DNA of 64,000 nucleotides from Bordetella parapertussis (GTDB lineage Bacteria > Pseudomonadota > Gammaproteobacteria > Burkholderiales > SG8-41). Shown one piece after another: positions 19,645 through 29,313 of the stretch (the first letter of the stretch is position 1; every line of letters begins with the position of its first letter). The DNA lies in the NCBI GenBank assembly GCA_945901405.1, contig CAMDLH010000007.1, forward strand, positions 3,471-67,470, given 5' to 3'. The notes below the pieces were generated by a model. That model ran no database searches. It was not told the origin of the DNA and saw only the letters and a program-made list of their open reading frames with translations. The translations under genes and the position numbers were made by a program.

Positions 19645-22323
19645 GTGTACACCCCTAACGCACCGGCCCCCACCGCGGAAGACCGCGCGCGCCAACTGAG
19701 CCGTTATCTGGATCAGCAACTCAAGGCGGACAACACGCTGCTCTCTGAAGTAGACCTGCGCCAGCCGGTATCGGTTGCAATGACAGGGGTTGAAAATTGC
19801 GCCTCACTGGCCGATCTGAAACGCGCGCTGCGCCGCTTGCGCCGGCAAACCATGGCGCGCCTGATCGTGCGCGATCTTGCCGGCTGGGCCAATCTGGCCG
19901 AAGTCACCGCGGCGATGAGCGCGCTCGCCGGGATTTCGATTCAACAAGCGCTCGACTGGCTTACGCACGATCTCGAGCAAAGCTACGGCGCGCCCATTGG
20001 TGAAACCAGCAACGCACCGCAGCAACTGATGGTGGTCGGCATGGGCAAGCTCGGCGGTGGCGAGCTGAATGTGTCGTCCGACATCGATCTGATTTTTGTC
20101 TACCCCGAGGAAGGCGAAACCAGCGGCCCGCGCAAACTCTCCAATCATGAATATTTCACCCGGCTTGGCCGCGCGCTGATCGGTGTGCTCTCCGAATTGA
20201 CCGAAGACGGATTCGTGTTTCGCGTGGACATGCGCCTGCGCCCGTATGGCGACAGCGGGCCGCTGGTAGCAAGCCTCGCGATGCTGGAAAACTATCTCGT
20301 CACGCAGGGGCGCGAGTGGGAGCGCTACGCGTGGATCAAGGGCCGCGTGTTGACCGGTGAGCGAGGTCCTGAGTTGATGGAACTCACGCGCCCGTTTGTG
20401 TTTCGCCGCCATCTTGATTACAGCGCGTTTGCGTCGATGCGCGATCTGCACGCGCAGATACGCCGCGAAGTCGCACGGCGCGAAATCGCCGCCAACATCA
20501 AGTTGGGCCCCGGCGGCATCCGCGAGATCGAATTCATCGCACAAGTGTTCCAGTTGATACGCGGCGGACGCGACGCCGCGCTGCGCCGCCAGCCCACGCT
20601 GGAAGTGCTGGCACTCTTGGGCGAGCGCAATCTGCTGCCTGCCAGCGCTGTCGAGGAACTGACGCAAGCCTATGTTTTTCTTAGGAATCTGGAACACCGC
20701 CTGCAATATCTCGACGACGCGCAAACGCACACGCTGCCCGCCAGCACGGACGATCAGGCGTTGATCGCGAGCGCGATGAATCATGCGGATTTCGCGAGCT
20801 TTGCCGCCGAACTCGAACACCATCGCAACCGCGTGTCGCTGCACTTCAACGAAATTTTCGCCGCCGCGCCCGCCGAGCAGCACGCGCTCGCCGGCCTGTG
20901 GCAAGACAACAGCGAGGCAAACGGCAGCATCGAAAAACTCGCGGAGCTGGGCTTCAAACAACCGCGCGAATTGTGCGAACGGCTCGCGCACATGCGCAAC
21001 TCCGCGCGCTACCGGCAAATGCCGGCGGCGAGCCAGGCGCGGCTCGACCGGCTGGCGCCGCTGGCTATCGAGACCGCCGCCAACGGGCTTGACGCCGATT
21101 TGACATTGGCGCGGCTGCTGCAATTTCTTGAAGCGGTGAGCCGCCGCGAATCGTATCTGGCGCTGCTCGAGGAATATCCGCAGGCACGCGAGCGGCTGGC
21201 GGATTTCATGCGATCGAGCCCGTGGATCGCTGATTATCTGACACAGCATCCGATCCTGCTCGATGAGCTGCTCGACGCACGCACGCTCTACGCAGCGCCG
21301 GATTGGGGCGTACTCGCAAGCGCATTACGATCCGCGCTCGACGACGCGGGCGACGACACCGAAAAGCAGATGGACATCCTGCGCCACTTCAAGCACGCGC
21401 AAACACTGCGCCTGGTGGCACAAGACCTCGCCGGCACGCTGCCGCTCGAAACGCTGTCGGATCACCTGTCCGATCTGGCGTGCGCAGTGTTGCGCGAGGT
21501 GCTGCGCCTGGCGTGGCTGGGCGTGCGCCAGCGCCACTGTGACGAACCGGCATTCACCATCATCGGCTACGGCAAACTCGGCGGCAAGGAACTCGGCTAC
21601 GCCTCCGATCTGGATCTTGTGTTTCTCTACGACGATGCTGCACCCGAAGCACCGGAAAACTACGCGCGCCTCGCGCAACGCATCGTCACCTGGCTCACCA
21701 GCGCCACCGCCGCCGGCGTGCTCTACGACACCGATCTCAGATTGCGCCCCGATGGCGCGGGCGGCCTGCTGGTGAGCTCGCTCGCAAGTTTTCGTGCCTA
21801 TCAAACCGGGCAGGCGTGGGTGTGGGAGCACCAGGCGCTCACCCGCGCGCGCGCGGTCGCGGGCAATGCCGCCATCGCACAGGCGTTTGAATCGCTGCGC
21901 ACGGTGCTGCTGCGTAACCCGCGCGAACTCGCCACATTGCGCAACGAGATCACCGCCATGCGGCAAAAAATGCACGACGCGCATCCGAACACCAGCGGCT
22001 TGTTTGACCTCAAGCACGACGCGGGCGGCATCATCGACGTGGAGTTCATCGTGCAGTATCTGGTGCTCGGCCACGCGCACGCACACCCGGCGCTCACCGG
22101 AAACATCGGCAACATCGCGCTGTTAAAACTCGCCGGCGAGCTGGGCCTGATCTCGACTGACCTCGCCGAAACAACACGAAACGCCTACCGCGAATACCGC
22201 AGTCTGCAGCATGCATTGAGGCTGCAAGGCGAGCGCTACGCCCGCGTGCCGCCAGAGTCGCAGGCCGCCAGTGTCAACGCGGTGCGTGGGCTGTGGCACA
22301 TGGTATTCGGCAATATGCGGTGA
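19645..22323 (+). CDS. glnE: Bifunctional glutamine synthetase adenylyltransferase/adenylyl-removing enzyme
   Basis: 892 aa. Two nucleotidyltransferase modules: GMGKLGGGELNVSSDIDLIFVY and GYGKLGGKELGYASDLDLVFLY. GTG start. Confidence 0.93.
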   Translation: MYTPNAPAPTAEDRARQLSRYLDQQLKADNTLLSEVDLRQPVSVAMTGVENCASLADLKRALRRLRRQTMARLIVRDLAGWANLAEVTAAMSALAGISIQQALDWLTHDLEQSYGAPIGETSNAPQQLMVVGMGKLGGGELNVSSDIDLIFVYPEEGETSGPRKLSNHEYFTRLGRALIGVLSELTEDGFVFRVDMRLRPYGDSGPLVASLAMLENYLVTQGREWERYAWIKGRVLTGERGPELMELTRPFVFRRHLDYSAFASMRDLHAQIRREVARREIAANIKLGPGGIREIEFIAQVFQLIRGGRDAALRRQPTLEVLALLGERNLLPASAVEELTQAYVFLRNLEHRLQYLDDAQTHTLPASTDDQALIASAMNHADFASFAAELEHHRNRVSLHFNEIFAAAPAEQHALAGLWQDNSEANGSIEKLAELGFKQPRELCERLAHMRNSARYRQMPAASQARLDRLAPLAIETAANGLDADLTLARLLQFLEAVSRRESYLALLEEYPQARERLADFMRSSPWIADYLTQHPILLDELLDARTLYAAPDWGVLASALRSALDDAGDDTEKQMDILRHFKHAQTLRLVAQDLAGTLPLETLSDHLSDLACAVLREVLRLAWLGVRQRHCDEPAFTIIGYGKLGGKELGYASDLDLVFLYDDAAPEAPENYARLAQRIVTWLTSATAAGVLYDTDLRLRPDGAGGLLVSSLASFRAYQTGQAWVWEHQALTRARAVAGNAAIAQAFESLRTVLLRNPRELATLRNEITAMRQKMHDAHPNTSGLFDLKHDAGGIIDVEFIVQYLVLGHAHAHPALTGNIGNIALLKLAGELGLISTDLAETTRNAYREYRSLQHALRLQGERYARVPPESQAASVNAVRGLWHMVFGNMR

Positions 22324-22373
22324 ATGCGCTAAAATAATCGTTCAAACTCAACGAATTCCTGAAGGAGCATTAC

Positions 22374-23300
22374 ATGTCGATGGCAGACCGTGACGGGCAC
22401 ATTTGGTACGACGGCAAGCTCGTCCCCTGGCGCAACGCCACCACCCACGTACTCACCCACTCGCTGCACTACGGGCTGGCGGTATTCGAGGGCGTGCGCG
22501 CCTACAACACGGTCAACGGCACCGCGATTTTCCGTTTGCAGGAGCACACCAAGCGGCTGCTTAACTCCGCGCACATCTACATGATGAAGATTCCGTACTC
22601 CATCGAAGTCCTGATGGAAGCGCAAAAGGAAGTGGTGCGCGCGAACAAACTTGAATCATGTTATCTGCGGCCGATCGCGTTTTACGGCTCGGAGAAAATG
22701 GGCGTCTCGCCCAAGGGCAACACCGTGCATGTGGCAGTCGCCGCGTGGCCATGGGGCGCGTATCTTGGTGCTGACGCCATCGAAAAAGGTATCCGCGTGA
22801 AGACCTCGTCGTATGCGCGCCACCACGTCAACGTGTCGATGACGCGCGCCAAGTATTCCGGCACCTACGCCAATTCGATACTCGCCAATCTCGAAGCCAC
22901 CGAACACGGCTACGACGAAGGCTTGCTGCTCGACGTCGATGGATTCGTCGCCGAAGGCTCGGGGGAAAATCTCTTCATGGTGAAAGACGGCAAGATTTAT
23001 GAGCCGGAACTCACCAGCGCGCTGATCGGCATCACGCGCGATTCGGTCATCACGCTGGCGCAGGAGATGGGCTACACGGTCGGCTCCAAGCGCATCACAC
23101 GCGACGATCTTTACATCGCCGACGAGGCGTTTTTCACCGGCACCGCCGCCGAAGTCACGCCGATACGCGAGGTTGACGGACGCTCAATTGGCAGCGGCGA
23201 GCGCGGGCCGATCACCGCCAAACTGCAAAAGGCGTTTTTCGATTGCGTGAACGGAAAGTCTGAAGCGCATCGTGCGTGGCTGACGCCGGTGGCCACATAA
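22374..23300 (+). CDS. ilvE: Branched-chain amino acid aminotransferase
   Basis: 308 aa with IWYDGKLVPW, HSLHYGLAVFEGVRAY and FFTGTAAEVTPI. RBS GAAGGAG lies upstream. Confidence 0.93.
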   Translation: MSMADRDGHIWYDGKLVPWRNATTHVLTHSLHYGLAVFEGVRAYNTVNGTAIFRLQEHTKRLLNSAHIYMMKIPYSIEVLMEAQKEVVRANKLESCYLRPIAFYGSEKMGVSPKGNTVHVAVAAWPWGAYLGADAIEKGIRVKTSSYARHHVNVSMTRAKYSGTYANSILANLEATEHGYDEGLLLDVDGFVAEGSGENLFMVKDGKIYEPELTSALIGITRDSVITLAQEMGYTVGSKRITRDDLYIADEAFFTGTAAEVTPIREVDGRSIGSGERGPITAKLQKAFFDCVNGKSEAHRAWLTPVAT

Positions 23301-23313
23301 AAAGGGTTTGACT

Positions 23314-23517
23314 ATGGCCGAGCAAACCGAAAATAAATCGCGCCACATCGAAATCACCGCCGCCGATTTGCCGCTGCACTGCCCCACGCCGTCGATGCTA
23401 CTGTGGAACGCCCACCCGCGCGTGTTCATGCCCATCGAGAAAACCGGCGAGGCGTTGTGCCCGTATTGCGGCACCAAGTACACGCTAAAGGGCGGGCCGG
23501 CAGCGTCCGGACACTGA
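23314..23517 (+). CDS. Small zinc-finger (CHCC-type) domain protein
   Basis: 67 aa with LHCP...CPYCG. Conserved position between ilvE and waaF. Confidence 0.75.
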   Translation: MAEQTENKSRHIEITAADLPLHCPTPSMLLWNAHPRVFMPIEKTGEALCPYCGTKYTLKGGPAASGH

Positions 23518-23530
23518 GGAGCGCAACAAC

Positions 23531-23637
23531 AGTGTTGAGTTTTGAGTGTTTAGTGTTGAGTTAACCCCAATGTCAGAAGTATGACCACTCGGGTCGCATC
23601 GCGACAACTCAACACTTAAAACTCAACACTCAACACT
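23531..23637. repeat. Repeat-of-repeats palindrome P1 (GTGTTGAGT units)
   Basis: Left arm is agtgttgagttttgagtgtttagtgttgagtt. Right arm is aactcaacacttaaaactcaacactcaacact. About 43-nt spacer. Same family as P2 at 41288. Confidence 0.85.
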
Positions 23638-23648
23638 TATTGCAATCC

Positions 23649-24662
23649 ATGCGTATCCTCGTCGTCGCCCCGTCCTGGGTCGGCGACACCGTGCTCGCAC
23701 AGCCGATGTTGCGGCTGCTGCACGAGCGCCACGCCAATCTAACGCTCGATGTATTGGCGCCGCCATGGACACTGCCGCTGCTATCGCGCATGCCCGAAGT
23801 GCGGCGCGGCATCGTCGCCCGCTTCGGTCATGGTGAATTGAAATTCGGCGAACGCCGCAGGCTTGCGCGCGAGTTGCAAGCCGAGCATTACGATCAAGCC
23901 ATCGTGCTGCCGAATTCACTGAAGTCGGCGTTGATTCCGCTGCTCGCGAAAATCCCCATGCGCACCGGCTTTCGTGGCGAGATGCGCTACGGCTTGCTTA
24001 ACGATTTGCGCACGCTTGACGAAAAAGCGCTGCCGCAGATGGCCGAGCGCTTCGCGGCACTGGCATTTGAACGCGGCAAACCGCCGCCCCTGCCGTTACT
24101 TTCGCCGCGTCTGGTTTCGCAACTAGCAGATCAAGAAAATATCGTTAAAAAACAATTACTTACGATAGATAAGCCGGTGGCGGTATTTTGCCCTGGTGCG
24201 GAATACGGCCCCGCCAAGCGCTGGCCCGCCGAATATTTCGGCACGCTGGCAAAACAACTCGCGCAGCAGGGTTACGCCGTATGGCTCATCGGCTCGCCCA
24301 AGGACGCCGCCATCGGCGATGCCATCGTTACGGCCAGCGGCAACGCGTGCACCAACCTCTGCGGCAAAACCGCGCTTGATGAGGCCATCGATCTCATCGC
24401 CTGCGCAGCGCTGGTCGTCAGTAATGATTCGGGCCTCATGCATGTGGCTGCTGCACTCGACCGCCCGATGTTGGCGCTTTATGGATCGAGCAGCCCGACC
24501 TTCACACCGCCGCTATCGCGAAAAGCGAAGGTCGTCAAAATCGACATCGAATGCAGTCCATGTTTTAAGCGCGAATGCCCGCTGGGTCATTTCAAATGCA
24601 TGCGCGATCTGACGCCACATAGCGTTGCCGCCGCACTCGCCGCGCTGCACGCCGCGGAGTAG
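23649..24662 (+). CDS. waaF: ADP-heptose:LPS heptosyltransferase II
   Basis: MRILVVAPSWVGDTVLAQP, FCPGAEYGPAKRWP and NDSGLMHVAAAL match remembered WaaF/RfaF. Confidence 0.9.
   Translation: MRILVVAPSWVGDTVLAQPMLRLLHERHANLTLDVLAPPWTLPLLSRMPEVRRGIVARFGHGELKFGERRRLARELQAEHYDQAIVLPNSLKSALIPLLAKIPMRTGFRGEMRYGLLNDLRTLDEKALPQMAERFAALAFERGKPPPLPLLSPRLVSQLADQENIVKKQLLTIDKPVAVFCPGAEYGPAKRWPAEYFGTLAKQLAQQGYAVWLIGSPKDAAIGDAIVTASGNACTNLCGKTALDEAIDLIACAALVVSNDSGLMHVAAALDRPMLALYGSSSPTFTPPLSRKAKVVKIDIECSPCFKRECPLGHFKCMRDLTPHSVAAALAALHAAE
24145..24164 (-). repeat. AT-rich 20-mer motif instance inside the waaF coding sequence (antisense)
   Basis: Reads cgtaagtaattgttttttaa on the - strand. It encodes the in-frame peptide ENIVKKQLLTID in a WaaF linker that differs from the remembered E. 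coli sequence. Confidence 0.5.
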
Positions 24663-24697
24663 AATTCGACAACAGCCTACCCCTAAGCCCCGAATAG

Positions 24698-24776
24698 CCA
24701 CGGATAAGAACGGATACACACGGATACCCTTGGGTTAATCTGTGTTCATCTGCGTTCATCTGTGTTTATCCGTGGC
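24698..24776. repeat. Repeat-of-repeats palindrome P4 (ACGGATA / CAGATGA units)
   Basis: The left arm gccacggataagaacggatacacacggata faces the right arm atctgtgttcatctgcgttcatctgtgtttatccgtggc. Lies between the waaF stop and the FAH start. Confidence 0.8.
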
Positions 24777-24817
24777 AAAAAAGGTTTTCGTTTTTAAATC
24801 AAACCAAGGAGCCGCAA

Positions 24818-25747
24818 ATGAAGCTGATGTTTTTTGATGATTTCAAACTGGGTGTTGTCAAAGGCGACAACGTGGTCGATGTTTCCGCTGTTGTTAAGGA
24901 CATTCCCCACCTCTCGCCCAACGGCCTGATGGTGGGCTTGATCGAGCGCTTTGACAGCTATCGTGGCAAGCTCGACGCGGCGGTTGCCGCCGGCGCCGGC
25001 GTGCCGCTGAAAAGCGTGCGCATTCGTCCGCCACTGCCGAGCCCCGGCAACATCGATGCCATGGCGGTGAACTACATGGAAGACGGCACGCGCGACAAAC
25101 CCGCGCCGATCAACGCGTTTCACAAGGCCGCGAATGCGGTCATCGGCAACGGCGACACCATGGTGCTGCCAGACGTGCCCGCGACAGTATTCGAAGGCGA
25201 AGCGGAATTCGCAGTCATCATCGGCAAGCCGGCGACCAACGTCAGCGCGGCGAACGCCATGCAACACGTCTTCGGCTACATGAACTTCATCGACGGCTCC
25301 GCGCGCGGCCTGCCGCCGCCGGGCAACGTGTTCTTCCAGATGAAATCACGCGACACCTTCGCCCCCATCGGCCCCTACATCGTCACCGCAGACGAAGTAC
25401 CCGATCCGCATAAACTCGCGATCAAGCTGTGGAACAACGGCGTGCTGATGCAAAACTTCAACAGCGACGACATGGCGCACAACATACCGCGCTGCATCGA
25501 GTGGCTGAGCTCCATCCACACGCTGTCCACCGGCGACATCGTGGCCACCGGCACCAACCATCGCGGATTGAACCCGTTCATGGACGGCGACACGATCGAA
25601 CTCGAAACCGAAAAACTCGGACGTCTCACGTTCAAGGTGCGCGACGATCTGAAACGCACCTGGGCAAGAGTCACACGGCTGCAACACCACGATGCAGGCA
25701 AGGAAGGCGCGCATACGCCGCAGACTGGCGGCAAGTACAAGCCGTAA
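24818..25747 (+). CDS. Fumarylacetoacetate hydrolase (FAH) family protein
   Basis: 309 aa. FEGEAEFAVIIGK, FIDGSARG and GDIVATGT are typical of FAH-fold hydrolases/isomerases. Confidence 0.85.
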   Translation: MKLMFFDDFKLGVVKGDNVVDVSAVVKDIPHLSPNGLMVGLIERFDSYRGKLDAAVAAGAGVPLKSVRIRPPLPSPGNIDAMAVNYMEDGTRDKPAPINAFHKAANAVIGNGDTMVLPDVPATVFEGEAEFAVIIGKPATNVSAANAMQHVFGYMNFIDGSARGLPPPGNVFFQMKSRDTFAPIGPYIVTADEVPDPHKLAIKLWNNGVLMQNFNSDDMAHNIPRCIEWLSSIHTLSTGDIVATGTNHRGLNPFMDGDTIELETEKLGRLTFKVRDDLKRTWARVTRLQHHDAGKEGAHTPQTGGKYKP

Positions 25748-25752
25748 CAACC

Positions 25753-25889
25753 CGTAGGATGCCGGTGAGCGAAAGCGAACCGCATCATTGATGTGATGAG
25801 CCTCGACCGATGCGGTTCCTTCGTCACCGCATCCTACAAAATCGTCAAGCTGCAACGATCGTAGGATGCGGTGACGAAGAAACCGCATC
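25753..25889. repeat. REP family 1 cluster (GTAGGATGCGGTGA...CCGCATC), three units
   Basis: Units lie at 25753-25786 (+), 25809-25837 (inverted) and 25860-25889 (+). Each unit is itself a hairpin (GATGCGGT/ACCGCATC). Confidence 0.85.
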
Positions 25890-25917
25890 GCTCGCGCACA
25901 ATACCAAAATACATAAA

Positions 25918-26448
25918 TTATTCCCCCGCCTCTAACCCTTCCCCCGTTCCGCCACCCCAATCAGCCGGATACACACCACGTTTCAGGTAATTGTGAAACG
26001 TCGAATGCGGCCAATCTGCAACACGCCGCACCCAGCCATGCTTTACCGGGTTCCAATGGATGTAATCCACGTGCCGGTTGAAATCATCTTGGTCGCGGAT
26101 CAGGTGCTCCCAAAATCGGCGTTGCCATATGCCGCGTTCGCCACGCGCCAAGCGGCTCTGCGAGCGCCGCTCGCCCTTGCCGATGGCACGTGAGAAATTC
26201 GCCTTGATCAATCCCCAGCGCATGGAAAAATCGCTGTCGCCCGGCGGCAATGTCCAAAGGCAATGCAGATGATCCGGCAACACCACCAGCGCATCGGTGC
26301 AGTACGGATGCCGCGCACGCACCGTGGCAAAGGCCGCGCGCAAATCGTCGAAACGATCCTCCAGCAAACGATTATTCTTGCGCCGCGCGAGGTTGACCGT
26401 GAAAAACCAAGTCGCCCCCGGCGCGTAAGCGCGGCGATATTCGGTTAT
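25918..26448 (-). mobile_element. REP-associated tyrosine transposase (RAYT, IS200/IS605 TnpA-like), start codon unresolved
   Basis: HUH motif is LPDHLHCLW and the catalytic Tyr region is VDYIHWNPVKHG. The conserved N-terminal strand YRRAYAPGATWFFTVNLARR is in frame upstream of the listed 149-aa ORF, with no ATG/GTG/TTG before it. Flanked both sides by REP family 1. Confidence 0.8.
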
Positions 26449-26493
26449 GGTGCATCGAACAACGCATTACCGGAGATTCCGTTGATCCCGCAA

Positions 26494-26596
26494 CGTAGGA
26501 TGTGGTGAACGCAGCGAACCGCATCGGTCGAGTGTTCTGTACTTCGCAATCACGTGCGCGACTGATGCGGTTCGCTACGCTCACCGGCATCCTACG
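26494..26596. repeat. REP family 1 inverted pair (REPIN)
   Basis: cgtaggatgtggtgaacgcagcgaaccgcatc (26494-26525) faces gatgcggttcgctacgctcaccggcatcctacg (26564-26596). Confidence 0.85.
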
Positions 26597-26635
26597 ATGG
26601 ATGCTACCGATGATTCAGCCATCCCCATTCACCCC

Positions 26636-26661
26636 AAAAAAACGACGCGCCTGAGGCGCGT
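26636..26661 (-). terminator. Rho-independent terminator of the caspase-FGE gene
   Basis: On the - strand: ACGCGCC-tca-GGCGCGT followed by cgTTTTTTT, 28 nt past the stop at 26689. Confidence 0.75.
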
Positions 26662-26688
26662 AAGACGTAAAGAACCCAAGATCAAAGA

Positions 26689-28561
26689 CTAAAGCGTCCT
26701 GGCGACACGAAACCCGACGCCGTTGACGCGAAAAACGGAAGTGCCCCCGTCGCGGTACGCGGAACGCAAACCCCGCGGATAAAAGTACCAGGAGCCGCCG
26801 CGCAACACGCGCAGGCCGCACTCTCCGGAAGTGCGCGCACCACCATCACTTGGCGCTCCATTGTGGTTCGCATTCCAGCAATCCTCCGTCCACTCCCACA
26901 CATTTCCCGACATGTCGTGCAATCCAAATGCATTCGCCTGAAAGCTACCCACCGGCGCGGTGTAGGCATGATTGTCCGTGCAGGTAGCCACATTGGTGGC
27001 ACTGGCGTTTGCCGTTTTGAGAGTTTGATCAGCACCATTGGCATATTGGCAATTATTCGCCGCGTTGTCGCCCCAATAATAGGCGGTGGTCGTGCCGGCC
27101 CGCGCCGTGTATTCCCATTCCGCCTCGGTCAGCAGGCGGTAGTTCCTACCGCTGTTGCGTGAGAGCCAAGCCACATACGCCTTGGCATCGTCCCAATTCA
27201 CGCAAGCCACGGGATGTGTATCGTGTTGCGCATAGCCGGGATCTCGCCAATTCTTCGATGCGTCTTCTTGCCACTTCCCATCTCGGAACACATTACAAGC
27301 ACCTGTTGCGCGCGCCGTCTCCTGCACAAACTGCGCATACTCCCCGCGCGTCACTTCAAATTTACCCACCGCCAGCGCGCCCGGAATAGTAACTCTGCGT
27401 TGCGGCCCCTCCTGATCGAATCTACCTGTTTCGCTGGTTGGCGAGCCTATGGTAAAACTGCCCGGCGGTATCACCACCATTTCCGGGCAAACATCGCAAT
27501 CGCGGAAGCTCGTGCCGGGTGTGAAGTCGGTTACCGCGCCCGCGGCTACGGCGGGCGCCGGTTTAGGAGTGAGCGTCGATGGCGCCGCCGTCGCCACCTG
27601 CACCGGCGGCCTAGCGGTGCCCAATGTTTTCAACCGCGCCCGCGCCACCCCCGCAAAAATGCCGCTCGGAAACTGCTCCAGATAGGCTTGCAGCTCGGCG
27701 GCATTATTCGAATCCTTCACCGTCTCCCACAATGCGCGGTCGTCGGCGCGCGCGTCGGCTTGCGGCGCCGGCGCAGTGGGCGGCGCGAGTGCAACGTTGG
27801 CTGCACCATCAAGCCGGAAATAAAACTCGCCTGTGAGCGAATCGGCTTTCCACGGCACCTGCCTGTTGCCGGTGGCACGGGTGACATCGGCGGTCACGCG
27901 CCGAAATACCTTGTCGATGTCGGATTCGGGATGGTTGAGGCTTTGAAGCAAGTGCTGGGTATACAGACCGTTGCGCCCCGCGCCATCGGAGGCGACCGAG
28001 CCGGGGCCGGTGGCAAAAGCAACTAAGCTGCCCTTGGCGGCTTCCATTTGCGCGAGACCGCGGCTGCCGCTGCGAAAGCTGCGCGCATACGGGTTGTCAC
28101 GGCAGGCATCGAGGATGATGATGTTCACACGGTTGCCTGCCGCATCCATCGCCGCCAGCACGCGGTTGGCATCCACCGATTCAAACTCAAGCTGATCTTC
28201 GCCGCCGATGTTGGCGCCCACGGGTATGAGAAAGTTGCGCCCGCGGCTCTGCACGCCGTGGCCGGCAAAGAAAAACAAACCCACGCCGCCCTTGCAACTC
28301 CTGCCCGAAGCGGTTGATCGCTTCGACCATCTGGCGATTGCTGGCGTCTTTCAATTTGGTGACGCGAAATCCGAGGTTTTGCAGCGCCGCCGCCATGTCG
28401 TCTGCGTCATTGGCGGGGTTTCTGAGCGGCCCCACCTGATATGCCGAGTTGCCCACCACCAGTGCGATGCGCTGCTCGCGCGCCATCAGGCCGCGGTCTT
28501 GTGCGTAGGCCGCGCCAGCGATCAGCCACACCAGCAAAAAACAGAATAATCGACAGTTCAT
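26689..28561 (-). pseudogene. Secreted caspase-like peptidase (C14, orthocaspase) fused to an FGE-sulfatase/SUMF1 domain; reading frame broken by a 1-nt indel near 28289-28291
   Basis: ORF 28187..28561 gives a signal peptide plus the caspase start (IALVVGNSAY, NPANDADD). ORF 26689..28284 continues in another frame with GLFFFAGHG (catalytic His) and IILDACRDNP (catalytic Cys). An Ala/Pro linker follows, then an FGE domain (GNVWEWTEDCW, RVLRGGSW). Removing one G from the GGG run restores ...ELQGGVGLFFFAGHG. Confidence 0.85.
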
Positions 28562-28710
28562 TGCACACCGCCCTGTGCATCGGTTCGTATCATCATGGCA
28601 TTGAGCTTGCTAGCGAGCAGACGCCATGGATCTTGTAAACGAAAGACGCGCAAATTTGGGGTTTATCAGCATCGCGCACAATTCCGCCGATCAGGAAAAG
28701 TTAAATTACT

Positions 28711-28731
28711 AAATAAAAACAAATGGTTACG
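28711..28731 (-). promoter_or_regulatory. AT-rich 20-mer motif instance (degenerate: CGTAACCATTTGTTTTTATTT)
   Basis: About 150 nt upstream of the caspase gene start, in sense orientation. Confidence 0.35.
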
Positions 28732-28755
28732 ATTCCCCCTAGGCAGTGTGACGAG

Positions 28756-28865
28756 CGTAGGATGCCGGTGAGCGCAGCGAACCGCATCGATGATGACGGC
28801 GGCAAACCGCATTGATGATGCGGTGAGCCTCGACCGATGCGGCTCGTTCCTCACCGCATCCTACG
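28756..28865. repeat. REP family 1 inverted pair (REPIN)
   Basis: cgtaggatgccggtgagcgcagcgaaccgcatc faces gatgcggctcgttcctcaccgcatcctacg. Confidence 0.85.
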
Positions 28866-28976
28866 CGCCATCGTGTGCGTACGCATGATCCCGAGCGCGA
28901 AGCGCGCAATTCAGGTTGTGCAATAGCGTAAAGCGACACAGCTCGCATACGCACAGGTGCATGGTAAACATCCCGC

Positions 28977-29191
28977 TGTGAGCCGCCGAGCAGCGCAGCC
29001 GCGCCGGGAGGAAGTCGGCGAGGACTGTCTGAGTCCTCGCGGGGGTATCGCGAGGGCGAGTTCCGCAGCCGCCCGGCGTGGCTAGCAGCGCAGGGAAGCC
29101 CGAAGGGCCGGCGAAGTGGGGGCGGCCTTTCTTTGGTTACTTTCTTTGGCCGTTCAAAGAAAGTGACCAGCCGCCAGGCTGCCCCCGGCGA
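28977..29191 (+). repeat. 215-bp structured intergenic repeat, copy 2
   Basis: Colinear with 13078..13292. Followed by a hairpin A copy at 29244..29269 and a 25-nt partial re-occurrence (cgcgagggcgagttccgc) at 29290..29314. Confidence 0.85.
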
Positions 29192-29243
29192 CGTTGACGT
29201 TGACCTTGAATTCCAACGCATTCAACATTTTCCGCAATGGATC

Positions 29244-29269
29244 GGCGCAATGCCTTCGGTCATTGCGCC
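29244..29269 (+). repeat. Hairpin repeat A copy
   Basis: The sequence ggcgcaatgccttcggtcattgcgcc. Confidence 0.8.
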
Positions 29270-29313
29270 CTACGTCCTCGCGTGTTTTTCGCGAGGGCGA
29301 GTTCCGCGGCCGC

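Noticed and set aside
28271-28284. The A-rich run aaagaaaaacaaac at the caspase frameshift region could be another copy of the AT-rich motif, or a programmed slippery site.
   Set aside because: It lacks the GTAAGTWATTG half of the motif and simply encodes GLFFFAG on the - strand. The frame change maps to the GGG run a few nt away, not to this tract.
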